From positions 9,672,001 through 9,736,000 of the forward strand of contig NC_043021.1 in NCBI RefSeq assembly GCF_006345805.1: DNA of 64,000 bases, in the 5' to 3' direction. Of this stretch, positions 35,405 to 48,346 are shown in pieces (the first letter of the stretch is position 1; the number at the start of each line of letters is the position of its first letter). Position numbers and translations under genes: made by a program. The DNA comes from Octopus sinensis. Taxonomy: Eukaryota. The notes beneath the pieces are model-generated. The model was not told the origin of the DNA. It searched no databases and saw only the letters and a program-made list of their open reading frames with translations.

Positions 35405-36258
35405 TTACTAGAAAACGGCAGAAGGGATTTTCGCCAAATTTAACAGAAATAGTGATTGGGTGGGTGGCTCGAACTCATTAAATTTTGATTATTATCTTCA
35501 AAACTGGTGGACGAGTGAATCAAAAAATTTTTTTTCTGTGTTACATATGCATAAACGATAGCAGGGGAAATAACTCGATGAAATATGAATTCGTCTAAGA
35601 ATATATTTATCAAATTAAATTTTATTTAATCTTTGTATCACTAATATCAATGAAAACAAATCTGTATTCTTGTACTAATTATCATCATCATTGAACATCT
35701 GTTTTCTATGCAGGCATGGGTTGGATGGTTTAACAGTGGTTGGCTAGACAGAAGTCTGCACCAGGCTTCACTGTCAGTTTTGGCATGGTTTTTATACACA
35801 CACACACACACACACATATACACAACGTATACATCATCATCATCATTTAACGTCCGTTTTCCATGCTAGCATGGGTTGGACGGTTCAACTGGGGTCTGGG
35901 AAGCCAGAAGGCTGCGCCAGGCCCAGTCTGATCTGGCAATGTTTCTACGGCTCGATGCCCTTCCTAACGCCAACCAATCTGTGAGTGTAGTGGGTGCTTT
36001 GTACGTGCCACCTGCACAGGTGCCAGACGAGGCTGTCAAACGGCCACGATCGGATGGTGCTTTTTACGTGCCACCGGCACGGGGGCCAGATGAGGCTATG
36101 GAAACTATACAGTTAACACTTAAATTGCTGGAAGCATTGCTTCACAGAAGCTTATTTGGAATGTGGGTGAGGGGTACAATGGAATTAACAGAAATATATG
36201 AATATAAAGCTAATCTAACAAAGCAGTTTTCAGGTGAGCACTCTACTTTATTCTTCAG

Positions 36259-36347
36259 GTTACCTGAGATTAGGTTGCATGGCACGAGATCGGGGACAAA
36301 TCTATGAAGCGTCTGATTGGTTCAAAGAAGCCCTACAGATAAACCAG
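36259..36347 (+). CDS. CTR9: CTR9 exon 13 ([29 protein letters not shown])
   Basis: cttcag| ... |gtgagg; phase 1/0. Confidence 0.96.
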
Positions 36348-36651
36348 GTGAGGTCACTGAAACTCATTCTATTAATTTGCTGTTCTTTAAGAATTGTGTA
36401 CAATTATAGGTGCAGGAGTGGCTGTGTGGTAAGTAGCTTGCTTACCAACCACATGATTCCGGGTTCAGTCTCACTGCGTGACACCTTGGACAAGTGTCTT
36501 CTACTGTAGCCTTGTGAGTGGATTTGGTAGATAGAAACTGAAAGAAGCTCATCGTATATGTATGTATATATCTATGTGTGTGTGTGTGTGTCTATTTCAA
36601 ACATTCACTAGACATTATTTTAAATTTTGGTAAATTTCTATTTTTGTGTAG

Positions 36652-36837
36652 GATCATCCAGATGCCTGGTCTTTAATTGGAAACCTTCATTTAGCCAAAC
36701 AAGAGTGGGGCCCTGGGCAGAAGAAGTTTGAACGAATTATCCAGAGACCTAATACCAAAGATGACTCTTATTCCCTTATTGCTCTTGGCAATGTCTGGCT
36801 ACAAACTCTTCATCAGCCAATCAGAGACAAAGACAAG
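36652..36837 (+). CDS. CTR9: CTR9 exon 14 ([29 protein letters not shown]...[12 protein letters not shown])
   Basis: gtgtag| ... |gttaga; 186 nt. Confidence 0.96.
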
Positions 36838-37213
36838 GTTAGAGCTTTATATCCGATTGATTCATTATCATTGTCACTTATAGACGAGGGGTGTTGAAAA
36901 GCTCCTGGTTTTAAGGGTATTGTAAAAGGCCTGGTTGGAGGCCCAACCTTCAGAGATCTTTTACCGGGCTTAGAAAAACTGAAGGACTGCTGCAATGAGT
37001 GTGTGAATCTGAGAGGGGAATGTGTTGAGTTGTTGAGGAGAGAGACTCATCAGGGACAAATTGTGTGCAGGTAAGTTCACGAGAGAAGAGAAAGAAGAGC
37101 GGAAAATAAAAGGGAGAGGAATGCAGTGAATGGGGAACTCAGATGGAGGGTGTTAGGAAGAAATGTTTTTTTTTTACCTAAAGAATGAAAACAAATTATT
37201 TTAATAATTGCAG

Positions 37214-37301
37214 GAGAAACGACATCAAGACCGAGCTTTGGCTATGTACAAACAGGTACTAAGAAATGATGCACGCAACATTTGGGCTTCAAATGGGATT
37301 G
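37214..37301 (+). CDS. CTR9: CTR9 exon 15 ([29 protein letters not shown])
   Basis: ttgcag| ... |gtaagt; ends in phase 1. Confidence 0.96.
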
Positions 37302-37939
37302 GTAAGTTGTTGTCATTGTCAAGTAGCACTGTTTAGCTTTGTTTTAAGATTACGGCTGTGTAGATTTGAAACAGTCATGAACAAATCGCAGTCTGTAGGA
37401 CTCTCTGAATGGCATGCCTAACAAAAAGTTACCTTGAATTTTTTTTTGTAGTGCAGCTTACCTGATGATGAGCTGTGTCTAATGTAGCCTGCTTGATAAT
37501 GAGCCATGTCTCCTGTGGCCCACCTGACAGTGACCTATGTCTCATGTGGCCTGCTTCCCATAAATGGTTGTCCGTACCTGATCTAAAACATCCAATATAT
37601 TGTTTTTTGATTTCCCAAGTCAAACACTAACATACTGGATCTCTATGATTTCCAGGCATTCTAGCCATGACCATCTCGTCTTTGCTTTGCAGATCGGACA
37701 TGATCTTAGTTAATGTATCTTTCTTTGTTTATGATAATAAGGTATGATTTTGACCACCATTGTTTGCTGGTCAAACTTGTTGGTCTGAGTGGTGACTCAC
37801 ACAATTGACACATGTCACCAATCATCTTCATTTTTTTGTTATCTCATCTGTAAGACTAGATCTCATCAGAATTTGTTGGATATTCCTCCCCTTCAAGTGT
37901 CTTTTGACCAAAACATTTATACCTAGCTTTTATTGTTCA

Positions 37940-38475
37940 CACGACTGCGAAGACCCGACAAACGAAGTGAATTCGTGGCCCGCAGGATAGCTTGCTGTGC
38001 TAACCTTGGATCGTAGAGTGACCCGTTGTGCTTGAGGAGACCTATTGAGTCAAGTACGTCAACATCAAAATAAAAATCAAATGGAAATTGTAGTTATGAT
38101 ACCCGTACCGGTGGCACGTAAAAAGCACCATCCAAACGTGGCTGATGCCAGCACCGCCTGACTGATGTCCGTGTCGGTGACACATAAAAGGCACCAACTG
38201 ATCATAGCCGTTTGCCAGCCTCCTCTGGCCCCTGTGCCGGTGGCACGTAAAAAGCACCATCCGATCGTGGCCGTTTGCCAGCCTCGTCTGGCACGTAAAA
38301 AGCACCCACTACAATCACAGAGTGGTTGGCATTAGGAAGGGCATCCAGCCGTAGAAACACTGCCAGATCAGACTGGGGCCTGGCGCAGCCTCCTGGCTTC
38401 CCAGACCCCGGTCAAACCATCCAACCCATGCTAGCATGGAAAATGGATGTTAAACGATGATGATGGTGATGATGA
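37940..38475 (+). mobile_element. SINE family C with internal ~65-bp tandem repeats and (GAT)n tail; fragments at 920-1090, 2885-3145, 12736-12960, 26715-26895, 35823-36095, 41000-41095, 43420-43520, 44120-44395
   Basis: Shared GGTTGGCGTTAGGAAGGGCATCCAG core and GCATGGAAAACGGACGTTAAACGATGATGAT 3' end. Confidence 0.8.
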
Positions 38476-39615
38476 TCTCTCGTGTGTATTGACTGCTTTA
38501 ATTAGCAGCAAGTCTCTAACTTCATTTGCATTCCACTTCTTCTAACTGATCAGCGTCCATTCCAGTTGGGCAACTTGTCCAGGCCAGTTGCTGAAATATT
38601 TCATCTGTGCATGCCACAACTACAGATGATAGCCATAGTTTGCTAACTGAACTGGTTGATCCTGGCTGTTGACAATTTGTTGACTGTTCATCTTCTCAGC
38701 ATCTTGTGATATTACCCATTGACTCAATCTACCAAAATAGTTCACATCCCAAAGTACTGCATGTTGTGATTTCAATGTATCCTGGCTTAAGTAGTTACTA
38801 AGTGCTAGGCCTTGCCAAGGGGCCAGCAGTGATTCACTCTGAAGCTGTTTATTCCTATATTCGTGCTGGTGCCGCATAAAAAGCACCCAGTACATTCTGT
38901 AAAGTGGTTGGTGTTAGGAACCTATTTCTTTACTACCCGCAAGGAGTTAAACACAGAAGACAGACAAAGGGATTAAGTCGATTACATCGACCCCAGTGTG
39001 TAACTGGAACTTAATTTATCGACCCCGAAAGGATGAAAGGCAAAGTCGACCTCGGCGGAATTCGAACTCAGAACGTAACGGCAGACGAAATACCTATTTC
39101 TTTACTATCCACAAGGGGCTAAACACAGAGAGGACAAACAAGGACAGACAAACGGATTAAGTTGATTATATCGACCCCAGTGCGTAACTGGTACTTAATT
39201 TATCGACCCCGAAAGGATGAAAGGTAAAGTCGACCTCGGCGAATTTGAACTCAGAACGTAACGGCAGACGAAATACCGCTAAGCATGTCACCCGGCGTGC
39301 TAACGTTTCTGCCAGCTCGCAGCCTGAGGTCTACTGGTATACTGAGAGTCTACCAGAGTTTACTTGTATACTGAATTAGAATGGACTGTGGTGTTAGGAA
39401 CCAGCACTAGAAACCATGCCAGAAGGGACATATTTCTCTCCAGCCTCTGCAGATCTTCAGAATTAAACAGACTGTATTTCACTTTGCAGTCTACTATTTT
39501 CATTTTGATTTCCATATTCTGTCATCTGTTATTCATTTTAGCCTTGTCAATGTTCAACTGTGTTATTGTTGTTTTTTTTATGTCAGTAAAGTTAAATAAT
39601 TTTTGTTGTTGCCAG

Positions 39616-39764
39616 GTTGTGTTCTTGCCCACAAAGGCTGTATCAACGAAGCCAGAGATATATTTGCTCAAGTCCGTGAGGCGACTGCTGATTTTTGTGA
39701 TGTCTGGCTTAATATTGCCCACATTTATGTGGAACAGAAACAGTATGTAGCTGCAGTACAAATG
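39616..39764 (+). CDS. CTR9: CTR9 exon 16 ([49 protein letters not shown])
   Basis: tgccag| ... |gtcagt; phase 1/0. Confidence 0.96.
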
Positions 39765-40841
39765 GTCAGTTCTCATTAAACAACTTCTTTTTTTTTTATG
39801 TATTTTATGTTTTTTGTGAAAGTAACCTGGCACATCCATCCCAGACCACATAGTTTAGAGTATTTAATCTCATCCTCATCACATTGGAGAGGATATGTTA
39901 CTAGCTGTTATGGAATAATGGCTGGAAATGATTCTATTCTGTGAAGCTAAAAGTGGAAGGCATTTGCACAATTCTTATTATTCTCCTTGGTAGCCTCTCA
40001 GGTCCAAGAAAGATGCTTCTACAATATGTTGTTGAACAACCTGCACAGATGATTTAGTGATCAAATGTAGACATCATTGATTGGTTGAAATTGCCAAAAT
40101 GCAAGAAATTAAACAACAAATAGCTTACAAACTACAGAATTTTCTCCCGAAAGCCAAGAGAAAAAGATGTTTTATGTAACACATTCTATCAGTATACGAA
40201 GTTTAAAAGTGTTTAGTTACAAAGAAATTATTTTAAAAAATCTGCCGGTCAAAGCGAAAAGATCCAGAGAAACTATATGTGTGTGTGTGTATGTGTGGAG
40301 GCGCATGACTTAGTGGTTAGGATGTCAGCATCGTGATCGTAAGATTGTGGTTTCGATTTCTGGACCGGGCGACGCGTTGTGTTTTTGAGCAAAACACTTC
40401 ATTTCACGTTGCTCCAGTCCACTCAGCTGGCAAAAACGAGTAACGCTGCGATGGACTGGCGTCCTGTCCAGCTGGGGAACACATATGCCATTGAAACCGG
40501 TAAACCAGGCCCATGAGCCTGGCTAGGCTTTAAAAGGGCGCGTTTGTTTATTATATATATGTATATATATATTGAGATTAAAATATGTTAGGATTGAAGT
40601 CAGAGCAATAAGGAAAGCTCTTAGTGAACATTACTACTGTCACTACTTTGTGGTGTGCATTGTTCTGTTAATCAATTGCAAAGATTCCTTATTCTGTTTT
40701 ATACCACAATTTCTCTCTCTATTCTTTATCCCATTTTCCTTTTCTTCCTTTATTCCTCTCTATATTTCTCTCAACAACCATGTATATGTATCTATCTATA
40801 TATATATATATGTTTTATATTTCATATGTCATCATCTTCAG

Positions 40842-40958
40842 TACGAGAACTGTTTACGTAAGTTCTTCAAATACCACAATACAGAAGTGCTCCTGTATCT
40901 AGCCAGGGCTTACTTCAAGTGTAGCAAGCTGAAAGAGTGTAAACAACTGCTGCTGAAG
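40842..40958 (+). CDS. CTR9: CTR9 exon 17 ([39 protein letters not shown])
   Basis: cttcag| ... |gtaagt; 117 nt. Confidence 0.96.
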
Positions 40959-41092
40959 GTAAGTCTTCATTCTCTCTCTCTCTCTCTCTCTCTCTAGATC
41001 TGACTGGACTGGTGCAGCTTTCGGGCTCCCCAGACCCCAGTTGAACCGTCCAACCCATGCTAGCATGGAAAGCGGACGTTAAATGATGATGA

Positions 41093-41137
<45 letters not shown>

Positions 41138-41281
41138 GACCAGGCATAAATAATGGTCATAACCTATTTCCTTTTTGTAGTAAGGCAATACAGTCAGTGA
41201 TAAGTCAAATTTACTACAATAAAGAAATATGTATTGACTATTATTGTCTTGTATACCACTCTGTGTAAAAGACCAGTTTAA

Positions 41282-41502
41282 CCCTTTAGTGTTTAAACCG
41301 GCCAAATCCGGCCCAATATATTATACATGTTTTATATTTAAACTGGCGATATCTAGCCTCTCACTCCTAACCTACAATGCCGTTCTAAAAATAAACAATC
41401 ACATCATTGAAACCTCAAAGATATAAGATAATGCATGATTAATTCAAAACAATTTGAGGGAAAAAGTATTAGATTTAACAGAGTAATCTGAACACTATAG
41501 GG
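41282..41502 (+). mobile_element. Second TTAA-flanked MITE family (CCCTTTAG TIR)
   Basis: ttaa-CCCTTTAGTG ... CACTATAGGG-ttaa; related pieces at about 50417-50765 and 47740-47797. Confidence 0.75.
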
Positions 41503-42414
41503 TTAAATGGGACACAACCACAAATTTGCAATATAGAATGGTGATGAACTATCACTCAACTCCTGCCACCAGAATACACAAAGTTCTTTACTAATCTAAA
41601 CAATATTGTTAGCCTGGTGTATTAACAGAGCTTATAAAGTATTTTGCCCAGATTGATAATCTCTCACTAGCAACTTTGTTCTGTATGTATATATATATAT
41701 ATGGAGGCACAATGGCCCAGTGGTTAGGACAGTGGATTCGCGGTTGTAGGATCGCAGTTTCAATTCCCAGACCGGGCGTTGTGAGTGTTTTATTGAGAGA
41801 AAACACCTAAAGCTCCACGAAGCTCTGGCAGGGGGGGGGGGGCGATCCCTGCTGTACTCTTTCACCACAACTTTCTCTCACTCTTTCTTCTGTTGGCCTG
41901 CTTGCTTAGCCAGTGGGGTGGCGTCATTGGAAGGCTAAAAATATATGTGAAGCGCATTTTGACCAGTGTTGTGTAGCAACATCTGATAGCCTGGTCGGTC
42001 ACGGTGATATATATATTTATTTATATTGTTGCTATTATGCAAAAGTGTCATAAGTCCAAAACGTTGCTTTTTCAGAAAGCGGGAAAAGTTTCACCATTCC
42101 AATCCTTTTTTTATATTAGCAACAGTTTCAGCTTAACAATAATGCTTTGTTGGGTGCGTAAAATTAGAACTCCATGCATGTATGATATTTTCAGTCGGAA
42201 ATATTTTTGCAAAACTGTCGTATGTGGGACTTACTACACTTTTGAAAAATGCTAAACTGCTGTACTACACTTTGACTATTTTTGATACCTTGGCATCTGT
42301 AGCAGCTGGAGATATGATAGTTTAACCAAAAGAACCGACTATTGCAAGCAAAATTAGATATTGTAAAAAAACACATTTGGCCAAATTTGGACCTGCGACA
42401 GTTTAACATAATAG

Positions 42415-42514
<100 letters not shown>

Positions 42515-42612
42515 TCGATCGATGGGTGGGAGAGAGAAAATGTATGCTATTGTTTTTGATTTTCTAAAAAAAAATCTGTATATTGGATTTTGTTTTTTTT
42601 TTTTATTTTCAG

Positions 42613-42758
42613 GCACGTCATGTTTCTCCCAGTGACACAGTGCTTTTGTACAATATTGCGTTGGTGCAGCAGAAGCTTGCAATGTCAATATTGAAGGATG
42701 AGAAAAGTAACCTGAAAGCTGTGTTAAGTGCAGTTGAGGACTTGAAACTGGCTCACAG
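42613..42758 (+). CDS. CTR9: CTR9 exon 18 ([48 protein letters not shown])
   Basis: tttcag| ... |gtaaac; ends in phase 2. Confidence 0.96.
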
Positions 42759-43026
42759 GTAAACTCTTATACAATAGCTCATCCTTATTGTCTGTGTCCA
42801 GATATTGATGGTTGTGTATGTCTGATCAGTTAGTACTATATATATATATATATATGCACACACATTCTTTATTTTCTCTCCTTGTTTCTTTCTGTGTTCC
42901 TTTCTGTGGAAGAGTGTAGGCTCGAAATGTTAGAGACTTTTTCACTTCCCGAGCGTTATACTAATACATCTGTTTGTTGTCTACACCACCTGTCTTCGTC
43001 TTTTGATTTTTTTTTGTGAATTCTTC

Positions 43027-43075
<49 letters not shown>

Positions 43076-43635
43076 GAGGCGCAATGGCCCAGTGGTTAGG
43101 GCAGCGGACTCGCAGTCATAGGGTTGCGGTTTCGATACCCAAACTGGGCATTGTGAGTGTTTATTGAGCGAAAACACCTAAAAGCCCCACGAGGCTCCGG
43201 CAGGGGGTGGTGACGATCCCTGATGTACTCTTTTGCTGCAACTTTCTCCCACTCTTCTGTTGACCTGCTCGTTTAGCCAGCGGGGTGGCATATTTGAAGG
43301 CTAAAACAATGTGAAGCACATTGTGACCAGCGATGTGTAGCAACATCTGATAGCTTGGTCGGTCATATGATGTATGTGTGTGTCTAAAGAAGCTAATGGC
43401 TGTTATTAGTCATAGTCATAGTCATCATTTAGCGTTCGTTTTCCATGCTAGCATGGGTTGGACGGTTCAACTGGGGTCTGTGAAGCCAGAAGGCTGCACC
43501 AGGCCCAGTCTGATCTGGCAGTTATTGTTGTCGTTAAACCATAAATCAACCTTGATCAAACAGACCTTTTGATCAAAGATGTTTCATTAACAACCAATCC
43601 TAATTTCTTTTATCTAGAACTACATTCTGTGAATC

Positions 43636-43957
43636 CAGGGGTTCTCAACCATCTTTTACCTAAGGATCCCTTTGATTACTATTTTATTCTGGTGGACCCC
43701 CCCCCCCATAGCCTTTCAGTGTTTAAAAACTAGTTTTCTAGAAACTTCTTTCAAGATTCCTTTTTTGTTTTTCACACATTAACTTTTGTAAGTTATGTAA
43801 AAATGTGAGAGCAAGAAACCTAATTGTTTTTCTTGCAATACATACATTTAAAGCAAAATTTTTTTCAAGGGTCCTTAAAATACTATTGTGGATCCCCTAT
43901 TTACTATTTTGTTTCATGGACCCCCAAAAATCTTATGGACCCAGTTGAGAACCACTA
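43636..43957 (+). mobile_element. hAT-type MITE, uninterrupted sister of 16140-16671
   Basis: Same TIRs and internal sequence; TSD not recognisable. Confidence 0.75.
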
Positions 43958-44664
43958 GTTCATCAAATACATTATTCGATGCCTGTTGTCTTTTTGAAGT
44001 TGGCTCATATAAGATTAACTCTTTTTTTTTACCATATTTCTGTTTGAATCCACTGTCTGTTTCAATTAATTATGAAAATACTCTTTTACTTGTTACAATC
44101 ATTTGACTGTTGCCAGTGCCATTGGACTGGTTTCTGTGCAGGTGGCACATAAAAGGCACCATTTGAGCGTGGCCGTTGCCAGTACCGCCTGACTGGCCCT
44201 CGTGCCGGTAGCACGTAAAAGCACCCACTACACTCTCGGAGTGGTTGGTGTTAGGAAGGGCATCCAGTTGTAGAAACTCTGCCAGATCAGATTGGAGCCT
44301 GGTGCAGCCCCATCTGTTTCACCAGACCTCTGTCAAATTGTCCAACCCATACTAGCATGGAAAGCGGACGTTAAACGATGATGATGATGATGAATTCCTT
44401 CCTCTGTGTTGTGTGTCCCAACCAACGTAAATCTCTATCAGTGAGGATTTCCATTACATACGGCAGTCCCTAAAGATCAAGTAGACAAATTACATGCATA
44501 TATGCTTAGCTGTAGTTTGTTCATCCTTTCAGGGTCGATAACATAAATACCAGTGGGGTCAGTGTAATAAACCCGTCACTTTCCTCAAAATTGCTGGCCT
44601 TGTGCCAAAATTTGAAACCAGTATTTTACTGACTTGATGTTGTTACTGTTGTTTTTTATTCCAG

Positions 44665-44736
44665 ATATTTCATGTATCTCGGTCAACATGGAGACCGTAT
44701 GAAGTTTGACCTGGCACAAGCTGCCATAGAAGCAGG
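44665..44736 (+). CDS. CTR9: CTR9 exon 19 (YFMYLGQHGDRMKFDLAQAAIEA)
   Basis: ttccag| ... |gtaagg; phase 2/2. Confidence 0.94.
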
Positions 44737-45071
44737 GTAAGGCCTCCTATATTTGTTCTTATTTTTTTTTCCTTTTTTTGTATTTTCTAGCGTCAGGGAC
44801 ACTCTGGCCTGGAAGATGCAACTCTAATTTTAACTTGAAAAATGTTGCCAAAAAGACAAACATATAAACAAACTTTACCGATATCTACAGAAGATATTGG
44901 TAAAGTTTGTTTCTATGTTTGTCTTTTTGGCAACATTTCAGGACTGATAAAATAAGTAGCAATCAAGTACTGGGATCAGTGTAATCAACTAGGCTCTCCC
45001 ACAAAATTTCATATATTGTGCTTATAGTAAAAAGGCTTTTATAACAATGTTGTAACTGTACTTTTGTTTAA

Positions 45072-45292
45072 CCCTTTCATTACTGTATTTATTTTAAGAT
45101 GCTCTGTGTTTCTTTCAATTACTTTAGATATAATAAAGAATTTAGTAAACTAACTTAGTTATCATTAAGCTGGTGTTAGGAACATAAATTGTGACTAAGG
45201 TTTGGTGGAAGATTTTAATTCAGAACTTCTGAAAACAAGACATTTGTACTACAGGGCCAGAGCCGGTTTTGGCCGGGTTGGTAACGAAAGGG
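45072..45292 (+). mobile_element. piggyBac-derived MITE (CCCTTTC TIR, TTAA TSD)
   Basis: ttaa-CCCTTTCATTAC ... GTAACGAAAGGG-ttaa; same TIR family as 20341-21414. Confidence 0.85.
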
Positions 45293-45460
45293 TTAAAGAC
45301 CTAATTCATGCTCTGTGAAAAAGATTTCAAGCTGAAATTGTAACATCACTATAAAGTTATGAAGTTACAACTTCGCAGTTTTGTTCGCTGCATTCAAACA
45401 AGGGTTGCTTATGTAGAAAATCTATTTTATAGTGAGAGGTTTTGTGTGATAGCATCTTAA

Positions 45461-45769
45461 CCCCTTACCTGGCAGAAACGAATATATGCGTTTTGACCGA
45501 AATCGTTTTTTTCTATCTCTGACGAGTTAACTCGTCAAAAGATAGACTCGCCAAAATCGACAGCAAACGAGTTCCTTCGTCTAAAAACGGGTTAACTCGT
45601 TTCTGCCCGAAGCGGTAATTTAAAATCAATATTATTGAATTAAAATTTATAATAAATAAGGTTTGAAATATACCTCGAAATCACCATTTAAAACATAGTA
45701 AAATAAAACAATTAAAAAAATATGTCTGAAAAAATACATTTATTTTCAAAATAATTGTTGGGTAAGGGG
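45461..45769. mobile_element. Third TTAA-flanked MITE family (CCCCTTACC TIR)
   Basis: ttaa-CCCCTTACC ... GGTAAGGGG-ttaa; internal palindrome TGACGAGTTAACTCGTCA. Confidence 0.8.
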
Positions 45770-45805
45770 TTAATAAAGTTTGCTGTTCTGGTTCTTGTTT
45801 TATAG

Positions 45806-45941
45806 GCAATGTCATGATTTGCTGAGCCAAGCCCAATACCATGTGGCCAGAGCACGACAGATCGATGAACAGGAGAAGGAAGTTAGGAAACAACAGGAAC
45901 AAGCCAGGGAAGCCCTTCACCAGAAACAGCAACAGATCATT
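45806..45941 (+). CDS. CTR9: CTR9 exon 20 ([45 protein letters not shown])
   Basis: ttatag| ... |gtaagt; phase 2/0. Confidence 0.95.
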
Positions 45942-45971
45942 GTAAGTTTCTCGCATCTTGCACCTGTTATT

Positions 45972-46317
45972 ATTACCTTTGCCTTAGGAAAGGCGGAGGT
46001 ATTTTTCTCAGTCGTGTTTGTTTGTCTGTGGACAAGATATCTCAAGAACCGCTGGATGGATTCGGATGAAACTTTCAGGGATGTTTGTCCTCATGACTGG
46101 CATAAACTGATTAGATTTCGGGATCGATCCGGTACCGGACAAGGATTCTGGATTATTTTTCCTCCTTTTTTTTTTTACTTAATTTTTGAGAGCAGTAGAG
46201 TTCACTTACAGTACTCTCGTTTGTGTGAGCAGTCAAGTTTATTTCAGATATTCTCATTTTCAAAAATCCTCTCTGGACGTTGGTGTTGCCTTGGCAGAGG
46301 TTGGCGCTCTCTGAGTG
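45972..46317 (+). mobile_element. Helentron/DINE-like non-autonomous element
   Basis: ATTACCTTTGCC..GGCGGAGGT 5' hairpin, GTTT/GTCT microsatellite, TTGGCAGAGGT..CGCTCT 3' end; family assigned from general architecture only. Confidence 0.5.
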
Positions 46318-47183
46318 TTATTATCATTATTATTATTATTATTATTATTGAAGGCATTGAGCTGGCAGGCTTGTTACAGTATCAGAAAAGAAATGCTCTA
46401 TGGCATTTCTTCTGGCTCTTTGTGTTATGAGTTCAAACGCTGCTGAGATCAACTTCTCCTTTTATTCTTTCAGGGTTAAAAAAATAAGTGCCAGTTTGAG
46501 CTGTGGGGTTGATGTAATCGACTAGCCCCCATTCTCCTGCAAAATTTCAGCCTTTGTGTGTGTGTGTGTGTGTGTATAGCTTTGTAGCTGGATGGATAGG
46601 TGTAAGAATTGGTTTTAAGATTGAAAATGCACCTGGCTTTTAAAACAAAATATGGTGGGGTTTTTTTTTTTTTAACTATTTTACAAATTTATTAAAATAT
46701 CATACCGGTTTCAACAATTTTTATTTTTCAATGGTAAATAAAAAAAAAAGTTAAAGTTTATGAGAAAATAAATGTACAGGACAAAATTCCATAGCAATAA
46801 AACAATCTAAAAAAAAACCCAGGAAAAAAAATTTTGTATTGATGATGATGATGCTAATAATAATGACCATGATGAAATTATGACGACTTTAATTACTACG
46901 ATGAGGAAATGTCTATATTCCTCTCTTTGTTGTACATTGCCAAGTGCTGCACATTTATACTGCAGCATAGTTGTGCGCTTAACCATTCCCTCAGTTTTAT
47001 TTCTCAACACCTTGCTTCTCCCCCTCCCTGCACCTTTCTCTCTCTCTTCCCTTCACTGTCTATGCTTTTTTGTATTGTTTTACTATCTCGCTCACTCTGT
47101 GTCTGTGTATTTATCTTTCCCCTCGTACTCTGGCTCTGTCAATAACTAATTCTCTCTCTGTCCTGTTTTTTTTTTTTTTCAAG

Positions 47184-47312
47184 ATGGAAAGGCAGAAAGA
47201 GAAAGAAGAAAAGGAGAGACGTCTAGCAGAACAGCGTGCTGTTATTGTACAGAAGGCCAAGAAACTGGCTCAAGAGGTTGAAGCAGCCGAGGAGGAGAAA
47301 CCCAAACGCAAG
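47184..47312 (+). CDS. CTR9: CTR9 exon 21 (MERQKEKEEKERRLAEQRAVIVQKAKKLAQEVEAAEEEKPKRK)
   Basis: long poly-T tract then caag| ... |gtaagt; 129 nt of charged, helix-type sequence as in CTR9. Confidence 0.92.
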
Positions 47313-47918
47313 GTAAGTATGGCTTTGGTGTGTGTGTGTGTGTGGTAAGAGGTTTGCTTCCCAACCGCACATGGTTTCGGGTTCAGTCCCACTACATGGC
47401 ACCTTGGGCAAGTGTCTTCTACAAAAGCCCCAGGTTGGTCAAAGACTGAGAATGGGGAAGAGAACTTGGTAGATGGAAACTGAAAGAAGCCTGTTGTGTT
47501 TCCTTGTCTTTGCATCAAATGGTAGTTGTAAAATGATTGTTATTGTCATACAACCAGTGGTGTTAATTCCCAGTATTCAGCAAAACCATTTCTGAACACG
47601 GGGAAATATTACCTTACAAGTGAATGTTGGCAACAGGAAGGGCATCTGACTGTAGAAAGTTTTCCTCAATAGACTCTGCCCCAATTCTCACACCCAGTTA
47701 AATTAGGGCTAGCTGTGGGTCCCTGCCCAGTCTTCGTATACCATGTGAATAAATAAGCATAACATTTGACAGAATAATCTGAATGCTAAAGGGTTAAGTT
47801 GGCCAAATTAAGGCCAGCTATGAGTATCTCCCCTTATTCTCAAACCCGCCCAAATACTCACAAAACAAAATTAAGGCCAGCATTGAGTCTCTCTCTCTCC
47901 CAATCCTCATACTCACCT

Positions 47919-48110
47919 AAATTAAGACCAGCTGTGGGTCTCTGCCCCAATTTTCACACCTAACTAAATTAAGACCAGCTGTGGGTCTCTGCCCCAATTT
48001 TCACACCTAACTAAATTAAGACCAGCTGTGGGTCTCTGCCCCAATTTTCACACCTAACTAAATTAAGACCAGCTGTGGGTCTCTGCCCCAATTCTTACAC
48101 CCAGTTAAAT
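47919..48110. repeat. 47-bp tandem repeat, 4 copies
   Basis: AAATTAAGACC starts at 47919, 47966, 48013 and 48060. Confidence 0.92.
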
Positions 48111-48200
48111 TAGGGCTAGCTGTGGGTCCCTGCCCAGTCTTCGTATACCATTTAATAGGAGGATGAATCTTTTAAAAATATATTTTATTTTTTTTTACAG

Positions 48201-48346
48201 AAGAAGAAATATGACGATGACATAGTGACAGATGGTTCTGGTGATGAAATGCCACGTAAGAAGAAGAAGCGTAAGGGTGGTGGCAGTGGATCAGAAGAGA
48301 TGGGATCTGATGGCGAAATGAAGAAGAAGGTGAAACGAAAGAGAAG
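48201..48346 (+). CDS. CTR9: CTR9 exon 22 (KKKYDDDIVTDGSGDEMPRKKKKRKGGGSGSEEMGSDGEMKKKVKRKR)
   Basis: ttacag| ... |gttggt; ends in phase 2; NLS-like basic runs. Confidence 0.9.

Noticed and set aside
38540-38870. Possible LINE endonuclease remnant (VLWDVNYF resembling the xLGDFN motif) on the minus strand
   Set aside because: Too degenerate to support as a feature without a profile search
45463-45475. CTTACCTGGCAG, identical to 12 nt near the U1 snRNA 5' end
   Set aside because: It lies in the TIR region of a TTAA-flanked MITE and nothing downstream resembles U1
45517-45540. CTGACGAG as a ribozyme core
   Set aside because: Part of the internal palindrome TGACGAGTTAACTCGTCA of a MITE; no GAAA
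45780-46430. 216-aa ORF
   Set aside because: CTR9 exon 20 read through its donor into an intronic DINE-like repeat; the same applies to extended ORFs over exons 4, 6, 10, 12, 13, 17, 21 and 22
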